Shown in pieces: positions 26,008-44,155 of a stretch of 64,000 nt of DNA. Position numbers and translations under genes: made by a program. Every line of letters starts with the position of its first letter. Within the stretch, counting starts at the first letter, position 1. Location: the NCBI RefSeq assembly GCF_009914755.1, contig NC_060939.1. One strand, 5' to 3'. Source of the DNA: the human T2T-CHM13v2.0 reference genome, Homo sapiens. The notes under the pieces were generated by a model. It worked only from the letters and a program-made list of their open reading frames with translations, did not search any database and was not told the origin of the DNA.

Positions 26008-26347
26008 CATTTATTATTATTATTATTATACTTTAAGTTTTAGGGTACATGTGCACATTGTGCAGGTTAGTTACATATGTATACATGTGCCATGCTGGTG
26101 CACTGCACCCACTAACTCGTCATCTAGCATTAGGTATATCTCCCAATGCTATCCCTCCCCCCTCCCCCCACCCCACAACAGTCCCCAGGGTGTGATATTC
26201 CCCTTCCTGTGTCCATGTGATCTCATTGTTCAATTCCCACCTATGAATGAGAATATGCGGTGTTTGGTTTTTTGTTCTTGCGATAGTTTACTGAGAATGA
26301 TGATTTCCAATTTCATCCATGTCCCTACAAAGGACATGAACTCATTT
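26008..26347 (-). mobile_element. 5'-truncated L1PA2 3' end (~340 bp)
   Basis: Young L1 3' UTR in antisense; GAG diagnostic (gatgacGAGttagtggg) and 'cttaaagtataat' indicate non-Ta, L1PA2-type. Confidence 0.9.
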
Positions 26348-26352
26348 TTTTT

Positions 26353-26641
<289 letters not shown>

Positions 26642-26651
26642 TATATATATA

Positions 26652-26995
26652 TGTATTTCCATAGGTTATTGGGAAAACAGGTCGTGTTTGGTTATATGGG
26701 TAAGTTCTTTAGTGGTGATTTGTGGGATTTTGGTTCACCCATAACCTGAGCAGTGTACACTGCACCCTATTTGTAGTCTTTATCCCTCACCTCCCTTCCC
26801 AGTGTTTCCTGGTTTGGATCCCCAAAATCTATTGTGCCATTCTTATGCCTTTGCATCCTCATAGCTTAGCTCCCACTTAAGAGTGAGAACGTACAATGTT
26901 TGGTTTTCCATTCCTGGTAACTTCACTTAGAATAATAGCTTCCAATCTCATCCAGGTCATTGCAAATGACATTAATTAATTCCTTTTTATGTCTG
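26652..26995 (-). mobile_element. L1PB-type 3' end
   Basis: 'ccataggttattggg...taagttctttagtggtgatttgtgggattttgg' L1PB 3' UTR in antisense. Confidence 0.8.
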
Positions 26996-27469
26996 AGTTT
27001 TCTGGGTCTTTGAACCCCAGAAGCATCATTTGTGAGGCGTAGGAGGTACCAAGGCATATTTGTAATTTCCAGAATATCCAGATCCTTTGAAATTGGGCTT
27101 TTTGTACAAATGAATCTCATAATTCTACAGACTCATTTTCTGAGAACAGAGGCAGAGGCAGGCAGTTGAAAGGGGAAAGCAAGAACTAGTCATCATTTGT
27201 GCTGGCCAAGGTCTTGCTCCAGTGTTTTGGAGAGACTACTTTGCACCCGTCTGTCCAGCTGTTTGTACCCTCAGGGGCTAAATTGTCAGAAGGGAGTGGG
27301 GAGGCTGCTGCTCTGCCTTTCCTCCTCAAGATCCTCCCTTCAGTTTCTTTCCCCTCACTATGGAAAGAAAACAAGTGGGGACGGCCAGGACCCTGTGCCA
27401 AATTGCTGCTTCTCTGCCCACAGGTACTTGTCCAGCATTGTTCTCAGTAGGCTTGTGAGGGCCTCATAT

Positions 27470-28270
27470 TGAAAGTGATTTAGAAGTAGAAAGTAGAATG
27501 GAGGTTACGAGGGACTGGACTGGTTGGTGGGGGGTAGATATATTAGTCAAAAGATAAAAACTTACAGTTAGGAGAAATCAGTTCAAGAAGTCTAGAGTGC
27601 AGCATGGTGACTACCGTTAATGACAGCATATTGTATTCTTAAAAATTGCTAAGAGAGTAGATGCTAAGTGTTCTCACCACAAAGTGAAGAATGTATGAGT
27701 GAAAATGCACATTAATCAGCTAGATTTGGCCATTCAACAATGTACTTATACTTCAAAACATCATATTGCACAATATCAAAGACACGGAATCAACCCAGTT
27801 GCCCATCTACAGTGGATTGAATGAAGAAAATGTGCTCCACATATGCCATGGAATACTACACAGCCATAAAAATGAAATCATGTTATTGGCAGTAACATGG
27901 ATGCAACTGGAGGCCACTATTCTAAACAAACTAATGGAGAAACAGAACAACAAATGCCACATGGTCTCACTTGAGAGAGCTAAACACTGGTTACGCATGG
28001 ACATAAAGATGGGAACAACAAACACTGAGGAATACAAGGAGGGGAAGGAGAGAGGGAGGCAAGAGTTGAAAAACTATCCACTGTTCTCACTCCCTATGTG
28101 AAGGTTCAGTTGTACTCCAGGCCTCTGTATCGTGCAATATACCCTCGTAAAAAACCTTCACATCTACCCTTGGAATCTTAAAAAAGAGGGAAAAAAAAGC
28201 ATACATTGTATTGTGCATAATACATGCATCAATTTTTATCTATTAGTTTGAAAATAAATAAATATAAAAA
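27470..28270 (+). mobile_element. L1MA 3' end with nested L1PA/PB 3' fragment (~27768-28198)
   Basis: 'attgctaagagagtagatgctaagtgttctcaccac'; nested 'ccatggaatactacacagccataaaa...catggacataaagatgggaacaa'. Confidence 0.8.
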
Positions 28271-29157
28271 AGAAAGTATATGGAGAGCAAAAAACTAAAT
28301 TCTGATAGACACATGTTGAACATGTTGAGATGGGAAGTTGCAAGGGAGCTGATGTCGGTGAGTGGTGAGGTGGTTTCCAGATGGCTGTGTGGACAGATCA
28401 TCTCTTCCTTGCCAGGAGCTCTTCTGACCTATCCAGCCTCATTCCTTATTCCAGGCTGCTTTTTCCTTGAAGCGATTTTTGGTTACAGAGTCTGGACAAG
28501 ATGTTGTGGATGTTGAGGTAGTACAGAGAAGAATGTTCAAAACCAGAGCCAGATTTGTTCTGTATTGGAGCCTTAGGATGTGGCTTGTGTCCACATGTCT
28601 CTGTATAGAACATGTTGCTGATCAGAGTTGGAGACATCCAGCTTGGGGCATTGTGGGTGGCTCCAGGGCACTCCTGTGGTTCTCTTGGCTGGCACAGACC
28701 CTAGGAAGATTTTTTTCTCGGTTCTCTATGATACCTCCTTCATGTCTGCACCCTGACCTTAGCTCTACTCACAAAGGAGGGATGTTGGGTGTGGTAGGCT
28801 TAATTTTTCTCTCCATACCTACTCCTCCTATTGTCTGAGCTCAGGGTTCGTCAGGATCTGTTTTGACCTTTTATTGTAAAAACAATTACCAAGATAACTT
28901 CCCAGAAGTTTCCCTTTTCAGCCCATCTGCATCCCCTCCACATGTAACTTGGAACTACTAGGGAAGGGTTCTGGAGGTTCTTCTAAGATGCAGATTAGAG
29001 AAGATACCCTAAAAACACATGACTTTGTATGTGCAAATGAAACAGCTTCAGCAGATGTGTGGTAAAGGCTTCAGAGGACAGAGGAGAGACCAGAGGATTT
29101 CTGAAGAGAACAACTGTGCCTGAGGAGCCTGATCTCTGAAAGTTGAGATGTCCTGTG

Positions 29158-29203
29158 GGCCTGGGTCTTCATGTCCAGGCGGCCTGGGTCTTCATGTCCA
29201 GGC
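29158..29203 (+). repeat. Perfect 23-bp tandem duplication (ggcctgggtcttcatgtccaggc x2)
   Basis: Direct reading. Confidence 0.95.
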
Positions 29204-32200
29204 TCTGATCTCCACAATTTTCCACAGTGTAGGGGCCGCTATGGGGCTGAAGTCATGCTGTGGAATGGACCCTGCTGGGGAAATCTGTTATAGACTCATC
29301 ATCTTGTTATGTTTCCCATGGGGGGAAGCCGGTAGGAGGCAAGTGGAGGGAGGTGGGGCATGGAGAAGATTCTGCAGTCCTTTCTGCTGACGGGCTCTCC
29401 CTGGTGTCTGTGTGGTGCTCATGGGGGTTCTTGTGACTCTTCATGAAGTCTACAACCTCATCGTTTTTCACAGAAAAGGAGAAAGCTCGTGACTTAGGAG
29501 TTTGGGAGGAGTGGGCATGTCAGTTTCCCTTCAGTGCTCACCTGCACAGTGTCCCCTCTGAGCCCACAGTGCTGACGTGCGACGTTCTGGGCACTGAGGC
29601 AGAGACGTGTGGCTCCATTTGATCTGTTCCTCTCCACCAACCAGGTGCTCTAGGAAGTGCTGATACCAGCCTCTACCTTTATGTACAGAGTGATGTTGGA
29701 TGTGGAATGGAAAGGAGGCAGCAATGAGATGAGGAACATTGCTTTGTTCTCAATACTTATGCTGTGCTCCTCTTTGTCTCATCTGCATGACAGGCCTCCA
29801 GTTTTCAGACCCATCAGGTTGGGTGTCAGGACGGGGTGATGGCAATTTGAATGTGATTGTGATTGGGGCATTTAATGACTTAGGTTAGGAATTTCGGTGT
29901 TTTTCAGAAATGTGGCATAAAAACTCAGGGATGGTTTTGTTTGTTTTGTTTTGTTTGTTTGTTTTGCTTTAATTTCTCCCAAGTAGACCTGATGATGGCC
30001 TCCAGGGAATTGGCAGGAGAAGAACAAGATCAGCCGTCTCTGTGCTATTCTTGACGCTCGTTAGCAGTTGAGGGCAGGGACCAGGGATTTGGGGAGAGAG
30101 GCCAGGAAAGACTGATGTCCACCTGTTCCTTCTCCTCACTAGCCTGAATAGCTCCAAATGAGCTCAGGGATCCTATGGCCCATCACTGTGAAAACACAGT
30201 GGATTGACATAGAATCCCACCTATTGGGCGCAGGCTGCCATGTAGCTCAGAGGATGCTCTGATCTGTGGACATGCAGGCCCTTCACACTTGGTTACCTTC
30301 ATTCTCCATTTTTTGCTCGGTGGTTTCTGGTCCAGAATTGAAAAGCGACCAACAGCTCATTCCCACCCTGTCTCTCTCTTGGCTAAGAGGCATGTTCCTG
30401 GGGCCTGCACACATTTCTTTGCAAAATGGCAGATCTCCATAAAATAGAAAAGGTTGGCTGGGTCTCAGGAAAGTGATTGGCCATTTTATTCTCATAAATT
30501 CCTTCATCCCATATGTTTTCTAATCAGCAATTTTAACTCCTTTATTAGCATAACTCACATAAATATATTTCTAATTTCTTCTTCACCAAATCCTGGCCTT
30601 ACTCAAAAATACTTGTTCTTTTTAATATGCATATTTCCCACATTTTAACATTTTTAAACCAATGGCATCTTGGAATACTGTCATTATGTAGTTAGCTACG
30701 CTTTTGTTTTTTTTAGTGTTACATAAAATAGTGGTGCATTTGAAGTGAATGCCCTCTTCAATGTAATGAAATACGTATTTCATTATGGAATATAAGGGTA
30801 CCTGGTTGTGATATGGGGAATAAAAGACAAATTCTGAACCTTGGTGAATTAAGAAATGGAATAAAAAAGGAATCTGAGAAAAAGATGAAGTTCAAGTTCT
30901 TATGCTCTTGGGAAGATGGCCTTACACAGTGGACACCAACAGTACCTCAGGTAGCCCTCTTTGCTGAAAGATGTAACTGGGGTCTGGGGTGGTGCCCTCA
31001 GTCTGCACCTCAAGTAACCAAAAGGGCAAGACTCAGGGTTAATGCACTTGGATGAGCATGAGATTTGACCATACCATGTGGAAGCCGTGTATAATTGAAT
31101 TTTCTGTAAATGTTAATATGAAATATCCGGGCTCTTAACAGTGTAGAACCTCTTTCTAGGACACAGCTGCTGAAGGCTAAGTGAGAGGCAGGAAAGGGGA
31201 CCCACTTCTGACTTTGGTACTTGGAAGGGCCTTCATGGAGTATGAGTACTTCTGTTGGCATGCGGTAGGGGGTTCCTCACCTGCACCCTAACTTCCATTG
31301 CATAGAGATAAGTCTGGGAGGGTATCAAAAATAAGGAACTTCTAGTTGCCTTTCCTTTTCTGGCCTCTTCCCCTCCCTTAAGCTTGTGACTTTTTGGACA
31401 CTATTTTCTATCTTACCTCTGTGGAATCTGAACAATATGTGGTCCAACTTAAATGCAGGTGAGCTTGGACCCTAGACCGTCCCTCCACGTGTATTCAGCA
31501 ACACTGGGCTGTGGAATCCTCATGCAGGTTTGTGGGGATGAGTGTGCCCTGGAAACACCATTCTTCATTTCAGGCTGCAGTTTCCTAAATCCTTTTCCAG
31601 TGATGGGCATAGGACAGGTGCTGGAAGCAACACTGCACAATTGAGCTTTGTCCACACCAGAGCCTGCACACACACCTCAGAGGCTTTGAAATTGCTGTCT
31701 GTGATGAAAACTGGTTTTCAGGTCTGTATGTGCAAGTTTTCCTCATGAGAATAGAGCCCAGCAGCAGGCGGCAGAGGAAGGAGGGAGGAATGGTGTGCAC
31801 CTTTCTTTGCCCTAGGAGGAATTCTTCGTGCCACACCCAAGCTGGGCTCCCTCCACAAGACAGAGAGGATGAGGTGAGGAACATGGACTGGTTTTTCTTT
31901 TCCTGTTCCTCCCTCTGTCTTAGCTCATGGTTCCTACATGGATGCTTTGAGTAAATACTTCCATATCACTTGCCTCTTCCTTCCCATCTTCTGCACTATC
32001 CACTCCTGCAAAGACCAATGAGGAATAAAACAGCCTCTGGTGTCCACACCATTGATATTCCTGCATTTCAGATGTGCAGTTTCACCCTGCAAAAGTGGGG
32101 AGATGTTAACAATGTCAGTGAAGATGAAAAATGGCATTTCACATCACCAGGATCTCAGAAATCTGAGCTATGCAAGACCCATTCCTCCAGAGAAGTCCTG

Positions 32201-32226
32201 CCTGCTAGGATCAGGAAAGGGGCCTA

Positions 32227-32637
<411 letters not shown>

Positions 32638-32682
32638 TTATTTTAATTTTCTGAAGCAAACTGATACTCATAATACTACTTC

Positions 32683-32965
32683 TATGTTTAAATGTGTGTT
32701 CATGTTATGTGTGTGTTTCAGTTTGTGTGTTTGTATCAAAAAGTGTCTCAGTGTCAGTGTGCTGATGTATGTTTAAGTTGATGGTGTGTCAGTTTTTGTG
32801 TTTCTGTCAATGTTTGTTTCAGAATCTGTATGTTGGTGTGTGTTTCTGCTGAATGTGTTGGCCAGTGTGTATTTCTATTTCTATGAATGTTTGTCAATGT
32901 ATATGTGCTTATGTTAATGTGTGTGTCAGTGTTTATATCTGAATGCGTGAAGGGTGTTTGTGCGT
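32683..32965. repeat. Degenerate (TG)-rich low-complexity tract
   Basis: Imperfect gtgtgt repeats over ~280 bp. Confidence 0.85.
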
Positions 32966-33704
32966 GGGGAGAGGAGGGGAAGAGATTGTAAAAAGAAATA
33001 GTCCATCTCCTGTGCTGAGATGGGTCTTCTCCAAGTGACCAGAAGTGGGTACTAAATGGAACTTCACTGGTTCTAAACCTCCTTTTTATTCAAGGTACAG
33101 CTGAGAATATTGGTGTAGGTACAAAGTATACAGTTTTCACTCTTCACTTTCTTTGTGATAGAACATCACAGTGGTTAAGAGAAAGCTATGGAGAAAAAAT
33201 TCTTGTCTTAAATGAAGAATCTTTCTAACTCAGACAGTGTGGTATTTGCAGAAAGATAGAGAAATAAACCAGTTAAAAAAAAAAAAGAAGAAAGCTCACA
33301 AATATATACATGTATATATATAAGCAAATATTTATAAGAAAGATCAATGAAATAAAGATTAATTCTTCAATAAATATTCTAGAAATTTTGTATTTCTATA
33401 GGAGGGTAAATAGAATATGGCCTTTGACTTCATATTACGCGTAAAATCAATGTCAGGTTGATCATAGACCTAACTATAAAAACAAGTGAATAGAATATTC
33501 AGAATGTAATTTAGAAAATAATTTCCTGACCATGATGTAAGGTAAGATGGCTTAAACCAAACCTAGAAAGTACTTTTTGTATAATATAAAAGATATTCTA
33601 ATGTAGTTGATGTGAGCAAGGAAATGGAGACAGATTGAGTCAAGCTCAGATTATTCTATTCCTTTACTGCAGGGCTTTCTGCTTAGATTCAGAGCTAGAC
33701 CATG

Positions 33705-33815
33705 GGAGAGATAATAGTGGCTACCTCTTGAGTTGCTGTGAAGATTTAATGAAATAATAATACATAGAGCATGTAGACTGGTACCAGGTCTGTGTTAACC
33801 ACTAAGTTAGTGCTG
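33705..33815 (+). mobile_element. MIR fragment
   Basis: 'gataatagtggctacctcttgagttgctgtgaagatttaatgaaataata'. Confidence 0.7.
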
Positions 33816-33849
33816 ATATTGACAGCATTATCTAAGTAATTGCAAGATG

Positions 33850-34400
33850 TATTATATGCATCAATTATTAGATGCATCACTATATTCTGTTACCGTGACA
33901 GAATAAAAGGACAAACTATGACACAAATATTTCCTATCTCTTAGAATTTTTATCTTATAATAACACAGAAACTTTGTGCAACTTATATTAATGTGAGCAT
34001 TTGTCATAAATCACTTCTATGATTACATGAGATGGAAAATATAAGAAAATACATTACCAAAGTATTTTCTAAAATTTATACCTTTCGGATTAAACTCTTC
34101 TGAATCACTTTACAACTCATCTTGTCTGTAACTTTCCCCACAGTTTCATCATCTATGCTAATTAGAAGATTTGGCAATGCCACATTTCTTGAGTAAGTCC
34201 TGTGCTACTCTTTTGTGAATGTATTTTTCCAATCTACTGACAGACTCTGCAGGTTTTGTTTTTCGTTATCTCACCCAAAGGTATTCATAGAAGCTTTTCA
34301 GACCATGTTTGTGTATGTGCATGCAAAGACAATCACATTACGACTGTCTTCCCACCAGTAGTGTTTGACACTGTTAATTTTCACATGAATCTGTGTTTGA
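33850..34400. mobile_element. Old TcMar-Tigger-like DNA transposon fragment
   Basis: 'gcaatgccacatttctt...ttccaatctactgacagactctgcaggttttg' resembles pogo/Tigger transposase-end sequence in antisense. Confidence 0.4.
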
Positions 34401-37029
34401 GATAGGTGGGATGTATGCAGTAACATCAATGGAATGCACTACTTTCTCTGCAATTGCTCATTCTCAGTGTATAGTCATTGCAGCTCATTTGCTGTATTCT
34501 GCTCTATCATTGAGGAAACATGCTTAAATATTGTTTCTGACTAGCTATTAGAGACAGTAAAATTATTAGTGGGCTACCAAATATCATAATTTACCTGAGG
34601 AGAGTTGCTTTTATAAACTGTGATTCAAGAAGTCCATGGAATAGGGAGATAGAAATGGCAAAAAGTTACTTGAAAGTATGCACAGGGGTGATAGCTTTCT
34701 AAAAACTTTCAGAAAGTTATATTTTGCAAATTTCTGCTCTAATCTTACAAATATGATCAATGTTCCCTATAAGCTGCATGCCAAAATCAATTCTTAAATC
34801 CATAAAACTTGGTTATATTTTCCTATTGTTCTTTCACCCTTAATCATTTGGATATTTATCATACAAATCATATTATGATCAGTTATTGCAAAAGTAGTTG
34901 CATTTGGTCTCCATAGAATGCTTTGCTCTGCCCACTTGCAACACTGACAAACTCTACTTCTGGGCACTTGGAGATTGGAACGGGCTTAGCTGTTCCCTGA
35001 TGAATATACTTAAGAAGAAATTCATATCGTTCGTAATTTAGGATGTTGACTGAAATTGCACCTAGAGTTGCAGGCTTCAGGAAGGCTCAATTAAGTTTAC
35101 AGTGTGTCCTGATCTCAAATATATGACCCATGAATCCACTGGGAACCATTCTCTATTCAGGCTACCATGGGCAGACAGGGTAGTGGGGCCTTACTACATG
35201 ATATGGTGTAAGACTTTGGGATGTTTGCGATGACAGATTTCTTAGAATTTGGGTGGTCAGGCCAGCATCTGTAAAATCAGGTCAGAGGTACAGCAGTCGG
35301 TTGTGGGAAATCATATATTCCAGGCTATCAGAGAGTAATGTCTGGGGACTTGGTGCCCAACACTGTGTCCTGTGACATCAATGTTAGCACAGTCTTATGT
35401 CTGTCACCTGCTCTGTCTTCATCCTGAGCACTCACTGACCAGAGCTCATTGACCCTCATTTGCTAAATGGAGATGGGTCTTTTCTTGTCCAGTTCTACTT
35501 GCAGCCTGTTTATGGCATTTTGCTATGCCTCTTTTTGGTGAAAAGTGTGTCAGGGGATAATCACAGTGTACATTATTATGGATTTTAGTGTATGCATTGG
35601 AATAAATAGGAAAAGGGGATTTGACAAGCTATTTGGCATTATAGAAAGTACAGTTAAAATTAAATAATCTGAGTAACCTTCCATGTTTTAAGACGAAACA
35701 TTTAAGTGTGCCTGCCTGTCTCAAGGAGTGAAATATGAGCTTGGAGGAGTGAGGTTTCTTGAATTAGAAATGGCCACAATAACAGCGACTAAATAACTGC
35801 TATCCTGATCTCAGAAATGAGAACTCTGGTCCAGGTCAGGTGCATCTCTCACTGTAGGTCTAAACACTACAGGAGCTCATTTTCCCACTGAAGCTATAGA
35901 TCTAGTATGGAGAATATAACCTATGATTACAGATCATAAAAGCAAGAGTCTTGGCTTTGTAGATGTCCATGGGATTGTGGCCATGCAGTCCCCCGACTTT
36001 GTAGGCTTTGTAGGCATGGTTGCCAGAAACAGCCCGGTGCTCCCCAGCAGAGTGCTGTGGTCTGTGAACAAGGAGCTGTGTGGTGAGTGGGTGGGCAGCC
36101 CTGCTTGCTGTGAGATTGCTTAGCTAGCACATATGCAGAGTCACCATTTATCCTATGTCCATCTCTTAGACCCGCGCATGGAGGTTTGAGAATATGTTGT
36201 ACCATGTTGCTCTTTTGTTTATTTCACCAGGATTTCTTTACCTGTGCACAACACAATCTGAATCACTCACTTTCCTAAACCTGATAAAAACCTTGTGTCT
36301 AAAGCTTCATTTTCAGATATGAGTAAGCAGGGACTGGCTTAAATGAACATGATTGCAAATACTTCTCTTTTTTTACACCAAGACAGCCCACCTGCTACCA
36401 AGACTATACTTTTTTGTGGTTTTAGGGCTTGGTGCTGGTTAATGTAATTTCATGATGTGGCTGTTAACAGAATACGTGGTCCCAAATAATTCCTCATGGA
36501 GTCTCTAAAATGAAAAGAGCTTAATTATCACAGGATTTTTCAAAGGCTTGAAGGTACAGATGTGTTTTTAAATCTTAAGGAAGGAAAATCTGTAACCAAA
36601 CAAGAAAAAAAATATCTTAAGTGCCTAAATATGATTTATTTTCCCTATTACTCCCGTTTCTCCATATTCACTTCTACTGTCCAGAGTCATGTCTTCCAAA
36701 GAGTCTTTGGTGGGATTCCGCAGATACAGGACTAGACGTTGTCTGAAATGGGTCTTTCTGTGAGGCACAGGCATCTATCTTTAAAGAAGTGGTTACTGAC
36801 ACTCACACAGGCAACTGGGTAATGAGGAGTGTGATGGGGAAGAAGAAAAGAGTCGGAGAGCCCTGGAACTTGATGATGTCTACTTGAAGAAGGTGCCCCT
36901 GGATTTGGAATGCTGACTAGATAAAGGAAGCAGCTTTGCATTCTTTCTATGTGCCTGTTCATTCGCGGAGCCCAAGTTTGTGTTTGTGTTCATTCTGGTG
37001 TTTGTTTGCATGTTCTTTTCTATCACAGT

Positions 37030-39338
37030 AATACCTTTAAAATAGTATTTTCATTTTTATAATGTTAGATTTATAGAAAGCTGCAAAAAGGATTCAGTGA
37101 GTTTCATATGCTCTTCAGCTTCCTGTAATGTTAATATCTGACATAGCCATAGTATATTTATGAAAGCTGAGACACTGATGGTAAAAATAGCTATTAACTG
37201 AATTAAAGACTTTCTTTATATTTTACCAGGATTTCCACTAATGTCATTTGTCTGTTCCAGGATCCAATCCAGGATAGCACATGACGTTTAGTTCTTAAGT
37301 GCATTACTTATTTATTGCTGCCTTGTAAATTACCACAAATTTACTGGCCTAAAACTGCAAAACGTATTGTCTCATAGTTCTCTGGGTCAAGAATTGAGAC
37401 ATAGATGATAGCCAAGGCTGAGGTCTCAACTAAAATCTCAGCTGGTGAAGAAGTTACTTCTTAGCTCACATTATTGCTGTTTGAACTCAGTTCATTGCAG
37501 GCTGTTGGTCAAAGCCTGCATTTAGTCCCTCCAGGTGTTGGCTTCTCCTACATGCCAGAAGCCTCCATCAAAGCCATTGAGGGACAGAGTTTGCAGCAAG
37601 ACAGAAAAATCACAATCTTATGTAAAATGATCACCTAAGTGTCATCTCATCACCTTTGCAGTATTCTCTTGTTCAGTATTCAACTCAGCTTCTGGCCACA
37701 TTCATGAGGAATTAGTATTCAAGGTTGTGTCATACCAAGATATGGGAATCATTTACCTTCTGTATCAGCTATTCTCCAATCTACAATCTTTACTTAGTTT
37801 TCATGACTTTGAACCTTTTGAAAAGTACTGGCCAGTTGTTTTGCAGTGTCCCACAATATGGATTTGTCTGATGGTTTCTCATGATTAGACTAAAAATATG
37901 GATTAATTTTGACATATTCATCCAAGATTAAAGATAAGGAAAGCTGAACTTCAAATTATTCTTCAAAGCTGTAGTTACCAAAACAGCATGGTATTGTTAT
38001 AAAAGTAGACACAGACCAATGGAACAGAATAGAGAACCAAGAAATAAAGCCAAATACTTACAACCAACTGATATTCAATAAAGCACACAAAAACATAAAC
38101 TGGGGGGAAAGGGCACCCTGTTTACTAAATGGTACTGGGAAAACTGGATAGCCACATGAATTCTTACTAATGCCCCTAACACCACATGATCTAATCCAGT
38201 ATTGCACAAATCACTGTGTCCATTCCTACTGCTTGTACGTAACCTCCCACTCTAACCATAAACAGTTGGCTCCATTAACTTACTTTATCCCAAAATACAT
38301 GGATATTGGTTTCAGAATTGTTCATCAACACCCCCACGGGACACAACTTTATCAAAAAAGGTACAGTGCTTACATACACATTTTTTAGCCTTTAAACTTG
38401 GAATTTCCACTTATAAAATTATGTTACTCAGGTCAGCCTCCTTTCTTCCCTCTCACTCTCTTCAGAGAGGTTATTTCATATATTTGTAACATGGTTATAT
38501 TATTTTGTATGTGTTACACCCTATGATCCCCTAACCTACTAAGTATTTTTTAAATTTGCATGCATATTTGCTCACTGTTCTACAACATTCTGCTGTATTT
38601 AAAAAATAGTTTCATGTACCCACATTACAATATTGTAGAGAATATTTTCACTGCCCTAAAGAAATTTACACATCATCTATTAAATATTTCTCTCCCTCCA
38701 GCCACTAGTAACCACTAATGTGTTTACTATCTCCATAGTTTCTCCTTTTTCAGAATGTCATATAAATGGAAGTAAACAATAGTTAGGCCATATTATGTGT
38801 ATGGCATGAGGGAAGACTCCAGCTTGCACCAGGGTATTAATTTGTCCCGCATTATCTTTGACAAAAAAAAAAAAATCCACACTGAATTGTCTTGACTACC
38901 TTGTGAAATCAATTTACCATAAATGTTAGGGTTAATTTTTAGATGCTAAATTTTATTCACTGATCTATATGTCTATCCCTATATAAGTACCATAATGTCT
39001 TGATTACCATTATTTTCAAGTAAGTTTCAGAATCCGGAAGTGTGAGTTGAGTACTCCAACTTTTTTTTCTAGATTGTCTTGGCTGTTCTGGATCCCTTAT
39101 ATTTCCATATGAATTTAAAAATCAGCTTGTCAATTAATGCAAAGAAAAGCAGCTGGAATTTGATAAGGATTGCATTGAATTATGGGTCCATTTGGAAAAT
39201 ATTGCCATCTTAACTATATTAAGCCTCCTGATCAATGAGCATGGGATATTTTTTTTCTATTAGCTCTTCTTTAATTTTTTCAATAATGTTTTGAAGTTTT
39301 CTGTGTACACATCTTAGGATTATTTTGTTAAGTATATT

Positions 39339-39340
<2 letters not shown>
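37030..39340 (-). mobile_element. Mosaic of old L1 fragments (mostly antisense; sense ORF2 piece ~37965-38160)
   Basis: 'ctgttccaggatccaatccaggatagcaca', 'accaaaacagcatggtattg...agaccaatggaacagaatagagaacc', 'tatttccatatgaattt...gattgcattgaat'. Confidence 0.75.
37300..37780 (-). mobile_element. MLT1 (D/E/F-like) LTR
   Basis: 'attgctgccttgtaaattaccacaaatttactggcctaaaac...tctcatagttctctgggtcaagaatt'. Confidence 0.7.
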
Positions 39341-41472
<2,132 letters not shown>

Positions 41473-41473
41473 T

Positions 41474-42259
<786 letters not shown>

Positions 42260-43082
42260 TAAACACAGTAGTAAGATTGCTGGGTCAAATGATAGTTCTA
42301 TTTCTAATTTTTTAAAGAACCTGTATACTGTATTCCATAGTGGTTGTACTAATTTATATTCCCACCAACAGTATAGCAGGGTTCCTTTTGTTTATATCCT
42401 CACTAACACTTGTTATCTTTTGTCTTTTTTCATAATAGTTGTTCTCATGGGGGTGAGGTGATGTCTTATTGTGATTTTGATTTGAATTTTTGTGATTAGG
42501 AATGTTGAGCATTTTTTTCATATACGTGTTTTGTCATTTGTATGTCTTCTTTTGAGAAATACCTACTCAGATATTTTGTCCATTTTTAATTTTGTTTTCT
42601 TTTTATTCTATTGACTGTTTTGAATTCCTTATATATTTTGGATATTAACTTCTTCTCAGACATATAGTGTGCAAATATTTTCTCCCAGTCTGTGGGCCAT
42701 CTCTTCACTCTGTTGATTGTTTCCTTTGTTGTGCAAAAGCTTGATTTGACGTAGTCTCATTTATGCATTTTTGCTTTTGTTGCCTGGGTTTTTGAAAAGA
42801 AAAATTAACTGTCATCCTTGTCACGGAACTTTTTCTTTATGTTTTTATTCTAGTAGTTTCATAGCTTCAGGTCATACATTTAAGTCTTTCATCCACTTTG
42901 AATTTATAGTTAGATATAGTGAGATATAAGGGTCTAATTTAATTATTCTGAGATTCAATTTTTCCAACATCGTTTATTGAAGTGCCCATATTTCCCCAAT
43001 GTGTGTTCATGCACCTTTGTTAGAAATCACTTGTTTATAAATGCATGTATTTATTTATGGTCTGTATATTCTGTTTCCTTGA

Positions 43083-43451
<369 letters not shown>

Positions 43452-43853
43452 TAGTATATTTGAAAGTCACCACAGATTTATCCATCTTTGTCCTTTTTGC
43501 TCAATATTTCTTAGGGGTTTTGGAGTTTTTCACAGTTCCATGCAAATTTGGGAACTTTTTTCTATTTCTGTTAAGAATGTAAGTGATATTTTGATAAGGA
43601 TTACATTGAATTTGTCAGTTGTTTTCAGTAGTATGGACACTTTAACAACATGAATTCTTCTGATTCATAAACACTTATTTTGCTGAATTGAACCACTTAT
43701 TATATAATGACCTTCTTTGTTTTTTAAAAGTTTTTGACTTCAAGTCTATTTTTTTCTGGTATAAATATAACCGCTCCTGTTTCTAAACTATTTGGAATAT
43801 CTTTCTTTCAACCCCTCACTTTCAGACTATGTGTGTCATTACAGGGTATGTGA

Positions 43854-44155
<302 letters not shown>

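Noticed and set aside
26008-26347. Possible human-specific L1HS-Ta insertion
   Set aside because: Carries GAG rather than ACA/ACG and the older A near the 3' end, so it is L1PA2-type.
34850-35700. Possible CR1/L3 remnants
   Set aside because: Similarity too faint to set boundaries without a profile search.
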